Assembly: GCA_046563655.1 (NCBI GenBank) | Contig: CM102287.1 | Coordinates: 1,736,001 to 1,800,000 of the forward strand | Reading direction: 5' to 3' | Origin: Yuukianura sp. NJ FZ-2021 | Taxonomy: Eukaryota | Length of the DNA: 64,000 nucleotides | Shown: positions 25,826-37,700 of the stretch, piece by piece | How positions within the stretch are numbered: the stretch's first letter is position 1 | Layout of the letters: each line of letters begins with the position of its first letter | Program-made: the position numbers and the translations under genes | Notes under the pieces: model-generated | The model's input: the letters and a program-made list of their open reading frames with translations, nothing else | What the model was told of the DNA's origin: nothing | The model's database searches: none

Positions 25826-28800
25826 AAGCTACAGCACAAATCGATTCGTGAATTTTTGGAAGCTCAAATCCCGAACGCGGGAATGTCATTTGAAGAATTC
25901 CTAGGTGCCATAACTTGCGATCTACCTATTTACGCGTGATACAAGTTAAACTAAAGAAGCCTCATGTGTTTTTGAAACGTAAACCGAGCGAAATCTATAT
26001 CAACGCCTACAACGAGAAGATTTTGCGACTGCAAAAGTCCAATATGGATAGTCAATATATACTTGATCCATACGCCTGTTGTAGCTATATTGTTGACTAC
26101 ATAAACAAAAGCAATCGAGGTCTTTCGGAACTGTTGAGGAATGTTGTGGACGAAGTGCGGAAAGGAAACACACCTCTAAAGGACAGCCTGCAAGCAATTG
26201 GAGCAGCTCATAACTTGAATAGTGAATTATCCGCGCAAGAAGCCGCCTACAATGTTCTACAGATGCCAATGAGCTACTCTTCGGAGAAGTGTGTCTTTGT
26301 TCAGACTGGTCCTGCCAGCCATCGTACAAGAATGTTGAAGTCTCAGGCGGATCTATCCCAGTTGGACCCCGATGACCAGAACATTTTTTTTACAAGTCCA
26401 ACTGATCACTATGCTCAACGACCACTCGCATTGGAATCACTGAATCTTGCTCAATTCTCTGCATGGTATGAATATTCCAAAACTATGAGAAAACAGGTAG
26501 TCGAACAACACGAAGAAGACGACGCATCTCCCAAAGAAGAAACGGGAACCGAAGTTTACAAGTTGAGAGACGGTTCTGGATACGTACGAAAGAGGAAATT
26601 TGCAAAAGTCATTCGCTTCGTGCGTTATAACAAAGAAAAAGATCCAGACAACTTTTTCCGGGAACTCTTGATGTTGTATAAGCCATGGAGAAACGAAGAG
26701 CAAGAGTGTGGGGAAAATACGGACTGTCGAAAAATTCTAGCTGAAAATATTGACTTGATCACCAGAAGCAGAAAAGAATTTAATTTCTTTGAAGATTGTA
26801 TTCTTGACATTGCGATGGAGGAAGTTCTCGCTAGGCCACCGGAGAATGAAGATGACTTGGATGAAAATCAGCCTTCGGCCGAAGACCTGCGCGAGTATCG
26901 TCTGGAAGATTCTTCAGGCACTAACGCAGTTGACTTTGGAAGCTACGAAAGACGACCATTTGCTGAAACTTTCAAGAATCCACAGTTGACTTCTAATGAT
27001 GAGTACTGGGCGCTACTTGCGTCTTTGAACGACGAACAAAGGGATTTGGTGTATCATACTTTTGATCAAGTGAAGCGGCATGACAATATACAATTTCAGA
27101 TCTACTTGAAAGGAGGAGCGGGTGTCGGAAAATCCCATGTTATAAAGACATTGCATCAGGGGCTCGTCAGAATTTTCAACTCTGATGTCAATCGTAATCC
27201 GGACAAAATCTGTGTATTACTGGTGGCACCCACTGGAAAAGCGGCCTTCAACATTGGAGGCTCCACTCTTCACACTGCATTTCAGTTACCTGTTAACCAA
27301 CGTGAAGCTGGCACCCTTTCGGCCGATGTTTCAAATACGATGGCTGCAACTTACTCGGAACTGAAGGTCTCACATTCTTTCACATATTTTATGTTCTTAG
27401 CTTAATCTAACTTAACATGCTGATTTTCAGATCGTTATATGCGACGAAATTAGCATGGTGGGCGAACATTTGTTGGAACAAGTGGACAAGCGCTTACGTG
27501 ATCTATTTACTTCAAGCGCACCTTTTGGGGGAATCTCTTTCATTGCCGTTGGTGACTTCTACCAGCTACCACCAGTTCTGGCTGTCCCGTTGACGCATGG
27601 CACGATGAGCAACTCCATTTCATCTTTATTCCATCGGCCTCTTTGGCACCACTTTCTTGTGCACGAGTTGACCACAATCATGCGCCAAAGCGAAGATATC
27701 GCCTTTGCTGTGGCCCTCAATAACATGGCCAGGGGAGTGATGACTGATTCAGATAAGGAACTGATGCGAAGCCGGTGCTTCGACACCCTGGCAACGGAAG
27801 TGGCGGAACTGAGACCTATCCACTTCTTCCAGACCAATGCTGCAGTGACCGCGTTCAACGAAATGTTCCTTCAGCAGATGCCAGGAGAACTGATCCTCAG
27901 CAGAGCTACCGATAGTGTTCGTGGTGATCTCCCTCAGACGTCAAGAGTCCGACTTCTGCAACGGTTTCAAACGAAACCGCTGAACGAAACAATGGGCCTT
28001 CCCATGGAACTTCAATTGAAAATTAACGCTCGTTATATGATGACCAACAACGTCGATTGTGCGGACGGATTAGTAAATGGTGTAACTGGTATATTACGAA
28101 GAATCGATCTTGGTGTGGCGATAAACGACCCTAGCGACCGTATTCCACTGCGACTATGGATAGAATTTGAAGACGCACGCAGTGGCCAGCAATTACGTTG
28201 CCGGTACCAATCAATTGCAGACAATTTGGGCGTTGAGTCAACTTGGACGCCAGTGGAGCTACTCACACAAGAGATACATCAAAAGAATGCCAGCATAAAA
28301 ATCACACGGAAGCAGTTTCCACTTGTTCCTGCAGAAGCAATCACCATTCATAAGAGCCAAGGAATCACGTGTCAATCGTAAGTATATAATAAGTATTCCA
28401 ATTTATTTTACAATTTAAGCATTCCGATTTATATTGTGCAGTGCTGTACTCCATATTGATCGTACTCGCCACCTTTCTCGAGCTTTGATCTACGTCGGCT
28501 GTTCTCGACCTACGAAAGCCAGTGGCCTTTACATTATGGGGGACTTCAGGCCTCCTAAACCAATTTCACCGACAAGTCCTCTCGCCTTGGAAATGGCTCG
28601 TCACGAAACCATGAAGCTGGTCCCAGTATTTCAATCGCTTCACAAAAGGGATGATGGTTTAATCCAGTTCCTTTACCACAACGTCCAGTCATTGCCAAAG
28701 CATTCCGCAATTTATTCTTCGGATGCAAGTTACAAAATGAGCGACATTCTTCTCTTTGGTGAAACATGGACTCTGCCGGAAGACAATGTCACAATTGGAG

Positions 28801-29285
28801 ATCATGTGAAAATCTGCAGTGTCGATTGTGTGACAGAAAGGCGACCACTCGGAGCCAGAATTTATTTGCGGCAGCATTTGACAAATCGCATCCTGAGTAC
28901 TACTACTAGATTTGTCGAAGATGAGCATGGAAGTTGCAGCTGTGTAGCCATGAATTTTGCTGGAACAAACGTAATTGGAATTTACATCAGCCCACGTTTT
29001 CGTTGGTGTCTCTTTACCTCCATAATTTCATCTCTAATCAACTCCCTTGGTGGCTCAAGGACGATCGTCGCCGGAGACTTCAACGTTAATTTCAATCTCA
29101 TTGCTTCAGCTGAACGCAAGTCGATGTTGGATCTTGGACTACAACTTCGTTCTACTGACTTGCCTACGACAAAGTTCGGTACCCAAATCGACGCGGTCTT
29201 TGCTTCATTTGAATTAGATGCGATTGGATTGTACACGTCCGCGACATCTATCCACGAGCCAATTTGGGGAAGGTTCTCTCAATAA
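25826..29285 (+). CDS. Helentron RepHel C-terminal part: Rep motif 3, Pif1-like SF1 helicase, AP endonuclease; introns 27367-27430 and 28378-28441; frameshift near 25925
   Basis: YIVDYINK (catalytic tyrosines), GGAGVGKS, APTGKAA, IVICDEISMV formed across the intron, GDFYQLPPV, RKQFPL..AEAITIHKSQG, YVGCSR. Endonuclease motifs HNVQSL, GETW, AGDFN, IDAVF, SIH. Both introns are GT-AG and restore the frame. Confidence 0.93.
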
Positions 29286-29711
29286 TTATTTCAATAATCA
29301 TATATTAAACATTAATAACCTTCAAAATGTAAATAAATCGCACCATCTCAAGTGTAATACAATTAAATTTTCCATTTAAAGAGTTTTACTACTTAAACGC
29401 TACGAAGAATTTTTAAGAAATAAACCTTTTTCTGTTCTATACAGTTGGTAGAATGCAGAAAAATTAAAGCTCAGCTCTAGCCTTCAACAAGTTCAACTTA
29501 TTGTTACAAACTTCAGTAAGTTTTCCTAGTTTGTGTATAGTTTGTAAAAAAAACTCAGGTTTAACTCTAGACTCGAACTTGAAACGATCTTAGCAAAGAA
29601 CTTCAATTTCTAATAAATCAATACCATAAACACTTTTGTTGTATTTATTAGTTTAATTAGTTTCGTTCTTGTAAATTGATCACTTTGTATGAGAATTGAT
29701 TCATATTTTCA

Positions 29712-30968
29712 CTATTGTAATAGTCGATTCAGCGTATCTGCCTCCGCGGCTTCGAACCACTCTAACAAAAGCTTGGCCGTGCTATGATCTTTTCCCACTA
29801 AGATCAAATCGCCGGGGTTGCATTCAATTGAGTTGACGCCGTTGTAACTTGAGATCTTCACCAGTTTGAACAGAATCACCTCAAAGGGGATGATTTCCTC
29901 CATTTCCACCAAGTGGTTCCACAATTTGGCATTGAATTTTCCCGTCTTGTCCACCAGAGTGATTTGTCGAAGCTTGCATGTAGGAAACTCACGAATCTCA
30001 CCGACATCAATTACGAGTCCAGCCATATCGACAAATTGGCCATCGGACATCAACTTGAGATCTTCTGAGTCGATTGGAGTTAGTTTGACTTCATGACTCG
30101 CCCCTTTGGGCTCTGTAATGGAGGTGGCGTCAGTGCTGCTTGCATCAAATGATGCACTTGTCCATTTGTTTCGATTATCCTTTGGCCGAAGAAGAAAGCC
30201 TTCTACTCGAACAAAAGAGTTGACCTGAAACATGTTATTTGATAACTTTTAATATATTTTAAAATAATGGTGATAGAAATAATACGTTACACATACCTGA
30301 AGCAGGGACTCCCATTGTGGTTTCATTACTCCGAATAACGTGAACTGGATCTCCCCGGACTCGTCACCAAAAACAAAATGCTGCAGTTGGCCTCCGTTCC
30401 CGTACGTCATTGGTCGTGCAACCTTCAACACGAGGACTTCGATTGCACGAGATGTAACTGGGAGGTTAGGATGCAGCTGCTTCACAGCGATCACGGGAAG
30501 TTCAGCTGGGTCCTCGTTTGATTTCACTTGAGCTTTTTCAATCTGGCTTTTCCACTGCTGAAACGGCGACATGCAGCTTTGAGTACCGCTAGAACCAGGC
30601 ATGGGTTCAATCAGAGCGGATCCACTTTGATTGGCTTAATAAATAAAAATGATTAGTCATACTACTGTAAAAGCGACATTGGTTTTCAAAGTACATTTAA
30701 CAATTACCTGAAGGTTGTACATTTTGTTCCGCACTTGAAGTATTGGATTCAAGGCTCTCACTCACATCACTGGCATTTTGCGCTTGATCAATAGTAGCGT
30801 CACACTTTTCGTTTTCTATTAAATAAATGAACGATTTTCAAAAAATGTATATTTACGATGTTGAAAATTTGTTCTATTTTAAGAATTACCATCTGTGTCT
30901 TGCAGTTTCAGAACCTTCGGAGCAGGTTCGCCTTTGGTATTAGAGCACCCCTTCTTCTTAGGTGGCAT
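29712..30968 (-). CDS. RPA70-like OB-fold ssDNA-binding protein, about 4 exons
   Basis: VFGDESGEIQFTLF, FVDMAGLVIDVGEI and LRQITLVDKTG..NAKLWN are RPA1 OB-fold-like. Start MPPKKK at 30968. GT-AG introns at about 30818-30889, 30636-30707 and 30225-30296. Confidence 0.8.
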
Positions 30969-31757
30969 ATTGTCCCTTTACGAGTAGATACTTGACAATG
31001 ATGTTGAAAAGTTACTAAGATTTAATGGAGGTCACTTTGATCAAGGCAAATCTGAACGAACTTCAACGGACTAAATCGGCTGCAAAATGGTTTTTGTTAA
31101 CAAATTCGAAACGTATTTTAGGACTAATTCTTATAAACATTAAAAAATAAACATCAGTTTTGTTGTTGTGACGATTTGTTTACTTCATTGTTGTATAGTT
31201 AATTTTCAGTAACTAAATAATGTATTTTATATAACTCGAATAGTTAGAATTTGAAGAATGTCGTCAGACAGTTTTCTAGATTGATTCGTGACATATTTTA
31301 AATTCTTTTTACATGAAAATTATGTTTTTCTCAAAAAAAGTTATCAATTTTTGAAATGTTGGAAACTACATTTTTCACGTTTTCCAACTAGCCAAGGTTT
31401 CCCTGACAACATATATGACAGTGTTTCGTATTGTTTATTACTATTTAAAACTACTCTACTCGTGAAACAAATTTCTGCCATGATGTAATTCGATGCCATG
31501 ATGCCATGATGGCAAAACTTGAACATGATTTTAGTGCGTTTAAATGTCATTGGCAACCCAGTTTTGGTGCAACGCATGCACAAAATAGGACCTCACATCC
31601 GCGCTGAAAATTTTGAGCGACGTTTTGGTACATCCGCTGCATGAAAACGGTTTCTCAGTTCTTCTACAATTTTGAGGCAGGACGGTTTAAGTCGCATAAA
31701 TTGTCAACTACCTCCAGAAGACCTAAGCTCAACCCTTGAGCATCGCCCTACCTTGTT

Positions 31758-34700
31758 TATTTGGAAAGTGTTATAAACGAATATTCCCTGAAATTCCATA
31801 GGCAACTGAGTGATCGTGATTCCTAGTATCAAAGTGAGAACTCCTGGTTGGTATCTGGAGTGAGGGCAAGCTCGACATTTCACCGGCACTTCTCGTTTGT
31901 GCTCAAAGATGAACCCTGACAACATGTGGTTCACTGGATGATTTTGTCGTTGATGCAGTACAACAAAGTGGACCGGTATTTGATGCATAAGATAAAGATG
32001 GTTATCAACGGTAACAAAGGTAAATTCCATGTTTTAGTGTTTCAGGCTTTGTTGTATAGTTCACCACTTAGCTAAACCTAAATGACTGTTAGATTTATGC
32101 ACTTGTTGCATAGTAAAGTTGTGCTAAAATAAAATTTCGGATTGTTTTTGGACACAAGTTATTAAGATGTCCTTTATTTGAAGTGAACGATGTTAGTAAA
32201 ACATACAAAAGTATTTCTTGAAAATTCCAACCAATAATTGCAAATAATGGTGAATGTTCAATTTTGATTTGGAAAGTGTTATAATCGAATATTCCTTGAA
32301 ATTCCATAGGCAACTGAGTGATCGTGATTCCTAGTATCAAAGTGAGAACTCCTGGTTGGTATCTGGAGTGAGGGCAAGCTCGACATTTCACCGGCACTTC
32401 TCGTTTGTGCTCAAAGATGAACCCTGACAACATGTGGTTCACTGGATGATTTTGTCGTTGATGCAGTACGACAAAGTGGACCGGTATTTGATGCATAAGA
32501 TAAAGATGGTTATCAACGGTAACAAAGGTAAATTCCATGTTTTAGTGTTTCAGGCTTTGTTGTATAGTTCACCACTTAGCTAAACCTAAATGACTGTTAG
32601 ATTTATGCACTTGTTGCATAGTAAAGTTGTGCTAAAATAAAATTTCGGATTGTTTTTGGACACAAGTTATTAAGATGTCCTTTATTTGAAGTGAACGATG
32701 TTAGTAAAACATACAAAAGTATTTCTTGAAAATTCCAACCAATAATTGCAAATAATGGTGAATGTTCAATTTTGATTTGGAAAGTGTTATAATCGAATAT
32801 TCCTTGAAATTCCATAGGCAACTGAGTGATCGTGATTCCTAGTATCAAAGTGAGAACTCCTGGTTGGTATCTGGAGTGAGGGCAAGCTCGACATTTCACC
32901 GGCACTTCTCGTTTGTGCTCAAAGATGAACCCTGACAACATGTGGTTCACTGGATGATTTTGTCGTTGATGCAGTACGACAAAGTGGACCGGTATTTGAT
33001 GCATAAGATAAAGATGGTTATCAACGGTAACAAAGGTAAATTCCATGTTTTAGTGTTTCAGGCTTTGTTGTATAGTTCACCACTTAGTTAAACCTAAATG
33101 ACTATTAGATTTATGCACTTGTTGCATAGTAAAGTTTTTCTAAAATAAAATTTCGGATTGTTTTTGGACACAAGTTATTTAGATGTCCTTTATTTGATGT
33201 GAACGATGTTAGTAAAACATACAAAAGTATTTCTTGAAAATTCCAACCAATAATTGCAAATAATGTTGAATGTTCAATTTTGATTTGGAAAGTGTTATAA
33301 TCGAATATTCCTTGAAATTCCATAGGCAACTGAGTGATCGTGATTCCTAGTATCAAAGTGAGAACTCCTGGTTGGTATCTGGAGTGAGGGCAAGCTCGAC
33401 ATTTCACCGGCACTTCTCGTTTGTGCTCAAAGATGAACCCTGACAACATGTGGTTCACTGGATGATTTTGTCGTTGATGCAGTACGACAAAGTGGACCGG
33501 TATTTGATGCATAAGATAAAGATGGTTATCAACGGTAACAAAGGTAAATTCCATGTTTTAGTGTTTCAGGCTTTGTTGTATAGTTCACCACTTAGTTAAA
33601 CCTAAATGACTATTAGATTTATGCACTTGTTGCATAGTAAAGTTGTGCTAAAATAAAATTTCGGATTGTTTTTGGACACAAGTTATTAAGATGTCCTTTA
33701 TTTGAAGTGAACGATGTTAGTAAAACATACAAAAGTATTTCTTGAAAATTCCAACCAATAATTGCAAATAATAGCGGAATGTTCAATTTTGATTTGGAAA
33801 GTGTTATAATCGAATATTCCTTGAAATTCCATAGGCAACTGAGTGATCGTGATTCCTAGTATCAAAGTGAGAACTCCTGGTTGGTATCTGGAGTGAGGGC
33901 AAGCTCGACATTTCACCGGCACTTCTCGTTTGTGCTCAAAGATGAACCCTGACAACATGTGGTTCACTGGGTGATTTTGTCGTTGATGCAGTACGACAAA
34001 GTGGACCGGTATTTGATGCATAAGATAAAGATGGTTATCAACGGTAACAAAGGTAAATTCCATGTTTTAGTGTTTCAGGCTTTGTTGTATAGTTCACCAC
34101 TTAGTTAAACCTAAATGACTGTTAGATTTATGCACTTGTTGCATAGTAAAGTTGTGCTAAAATAAAATTTCGGATTGTTTTTGGACACAAGTTATTAAGA
34201 TGTCCTTTATTTGAAGTGAACGATGTTAGTAAAACATACAAAAGTATTTCTTGAAAATTCCAACCAATAATTGCAAATAATGGTTGAATGTTCAATTTTG
34301 ATTTGGAAAGTGTTATAATCGAATATTCCTTGAAATTCCATAGGCAACTGAGTGATCGTGATTCCTAGTATCAAAGTGAGAACTCCTGGTTGGTATCTGG
34401 AGTGAGGGCAAGCTCGACATTTCACCGGCACTTCTCGTTTGTGCTCAAAGATGAACCCTGACAACATGTGGTTCACTGGATGATTTTGTCGTTGATGCAG
34501 TACGACAAAGTGGACCGGTATTTGATGCATAAGATAAAGATGGTTATCAACGGTAACAAAGGTAAATTCCATGTTTTAGTGTTTCAGGCTTTGTTGTATA
34601 GTTCACCACTTAGCTTAAACCTAAATGACTGTTAGATTTATGCACTTGTTGCATAGTAAAGTTGTGCTAAAATAAAATTTCGGATTGTTTTTGGACACAA

Positions 34701-37700
34701 GTTATTAAGATGTCCTTTATTTGAAGTGAACGATGTTAGTAAAACATACAAAAGTATTTCTTGAAAATTCCAACCAATAATTGCAAATAATGGTGAATGT
34801 TCAATTTTGATTTGGAAAGTGTTATAATCGAATATTCCTTGAAATTCCATAGGCAACTGAGTGATCGTGATTCCTAGTATCAAAGTGAGAACTCCTGGTT
34901 GGTATCTGGAGTGAGGGCAAGCTCGACATTTCACCGGCACTTCTCGTTTGTGCTCAAAGATGAACCCTGACAACATGTGGTTCACTGGATGATTTTGTCG
35001 TTGATGCAGTACAACAAAGTGGACCGGTATTTGATGCATAAGATAAAGATGGTTATCAACGGTAACAAAGGTAAATTCCATGTTTTAGTGTTTCAGGCTT
35101 TGTTGTATAGTTCACCACTTAGTTAAACCTAAATGACTGTTAGATTTATGCACTTGTTGCATAGTAAAGTTGTGCTAAAATAAAATTTCGGATTGTTTTT
35201 GGACACAAGTTATTAAGATGTCCTTTATTTGAAGTGAACGATGTTAGTAAAACATACAAAAGTATTTCTTGAAAATTCCAACCAATAATTGCAAATAATG
35301 GTGAATGTTCAATTTTGATTTGGAAAGTGTTATAATCGAATATTCCTTGAAATTCCATAGGCAACTGAGTGATCGTGATTCCTAGTATCAAAGTGAGAAC
35401 TCCTGGTTGGTATCTGGAGTGAGGGCAAGCTCGACATTTCACCGGCACTTCTCGTTTGTGCTCAAAGATGAACCCTGACAACATGTGGTTCACTGGATGA
35501 TTTTGTCGTTGATGCAGTACGACAAAGTGGACCGGTATTTGATGCATAAGATAAAGATGGTTATCAACGGTAACAAAGGTAAATTCCATGTTTTAGTGTT
35601 TCAGGCTTTGTTGTATAGTTCACCACTTAGTTAAACCTAAATGACTGTTAGATTTATGCACTTGTTGCATAGTAAAGTTGTGCTAAAATAAAATTTCGGA
35701 TTGTTTTTGGACACAAGTTATTAAGATGTCCTTTATTTGAAGTGAACGATGTTAGTAAAACATACAAAAGTATTTCTTGAAAATTCCAACCAATAATTGC
35801 AAATAATGGTGAATGTTCAATTTTGATTTGGAAAGTGTTATAATCGAATATTCCTTGAAATTCCATAGGCAACTGAGTGATCGTGATTCCTAGTATCAAA
35901 GTGAGAACTCCTGGTTGGTATCTGGAGTGAGGGCAAGCTCGACATTTCACCGGCACTTCTCGTTTGTGCTCAAAGATGAACCCTGACAACATGTGGTTCA
36001 CTGGATGATTTTGTCGTTGATGCAGTACGACAAAGTGGACCGGTATTTGATGCATAAGATAAAGATGGTTATCAACGGTAACAAAGGTAAATTCCATGTT
36101 TTAGTGTTTCAGGCTTTGTTGTATAGTTCACCACTTAGTTAAACCTAAATGACTGTTAGATTTATGCACTTGTTGCATAGTAAAGTTGTGCTAAAATAAA
36201 ATTTCGGATTGTTTTTGGACACAAGTTATTAAGATGTCCTTTATTTGAAGTGAACGATGTTAGTAAAACATACAAAAGTATTTCTTGAAAATTCCAACCA
36301 ATAATTGCAAATAATGGTGAATGTTCAATTTTGATTTGGAAAGTGTTATAATCGAATATTCCTTGAAATTCCATAGGCAACTGAGTGATCGTGATTCCTA
36401 GTATCAAAGTGAGAACTCCTGGTTGGTATCTGGAGTGAGGGCAAGCTCGACATTTCACCGGCACTTCTCGTTTGTGCTCAAAGATGAACCCTGACAACAT
36501 GTGGTTCACTGGATGATTTTGTCGTTGATGCAGTACGACAAAGTGGACCGGTATTTGATGCATAAGATAAAGATGGTTATCAACGGTAACAAAGGTAAAT
36601 TCCATGTTTTAGTGTTTCAGGCTTTGTTGTATAGTTCACCACTTAGTTAAACCTAAATGACTGTTAGATTTATGCACTTGTTGCATAGTAAAGTTGTGCT
36701 AAAATAAAATTTCGGATTGTTTTTGGACACAAGTTATTAAGATGTCCTTTATTTGAAGTGAACGATGTTAGTAAAACATACAAAAGTATTTCTTGAAAAT
36801 TCCAACCAATAATTGCAAATAATGGTTGAATGTTCAATTTTGATTTGGAAAGTGTTATAATCGAATATTCCTTGAAATTCCATAGGCAACTGAGTGATCG
36901 TGATTCCTAGTATCAAAGTGAGAACTCCTGGTTGGTATCTGGAGTGAGGGCAAGCTCGACATTTCACCGGCACTTCTCGTTTGTGCTCAAAGATGAACCC
37001 TGACAACATGTGGTTCACTGGATGATTTTGTCGTTGATGCAGTACGACAAAGTGGACCGGTATTTGATGCATAAGATAAAGATGGTTATCAACGGTAACA
37101 AAGGTAAATTCCATGTTTTAGTGTTTCAGGCTTTGTTGTATAGTTCACCACTTAGTTAAACCTAAATGACTGTTAGATTTATGCACTTGTTGCATAGTAA
37201 AGTTGTGCTAAAATAAAATTTCGGATTGTTTTTGGACACAAGTTATTAAGATGTCCTTTATTTGAAGTGAACGATGTTAGTAAAACATACAAAAGTATTT
37301 CTTGAAAATTCCAACCAATAATTGCAAATAATGGTGAATGTTCAATTTTGATTTGGAAAGTGTTATAATCGAATATTCCTTGAAATTCCATAGGCAACTG
37401 AGTGATCGTGATTCCTAGTATCAAAGTGAGAACTCCTGGTTGGTATCTGGAGTGAGGGCAAGCTCGACATTTCACCGGCACTTCTCGTTTGTGCTCAAAG
37501 ATGAACCCTGACAACATGTGGTTCACTGGATGATTTTGTCGTTGATGCAGTACGACAAAGTGGACCGGTATTTGATGCATAAGATAAAGATGGTTATCAA
37601 CGGTAACAAAGGTAAATTCCATGTTTTAGTGTTTCAGGCTTTGTTGTATAGTTCACCACTTAGTTAAACCTAAATGACTGTTAGATTTATGCACTTGTTG

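Larger units (their letters stand above)
25826..31757 (+). mobile_element. Helentron/Helitron2, 3' half (copy B)
   Basis: Rep C-terminus, helicase and endonuclease fusion; RPA-like gene; 3' hairpin gctcaa-ccc-ttgagc at 31727-31741; ends in a T-run joined to the satellite. Confidence 0.88.

Noticed and set aside
9764..31757. One Helentron with a nested Polinton and satellite as cargo
   Set aside because: The two halves overlap in a diverged region, an N gap separates them, and there is no TSD around the Polinton.
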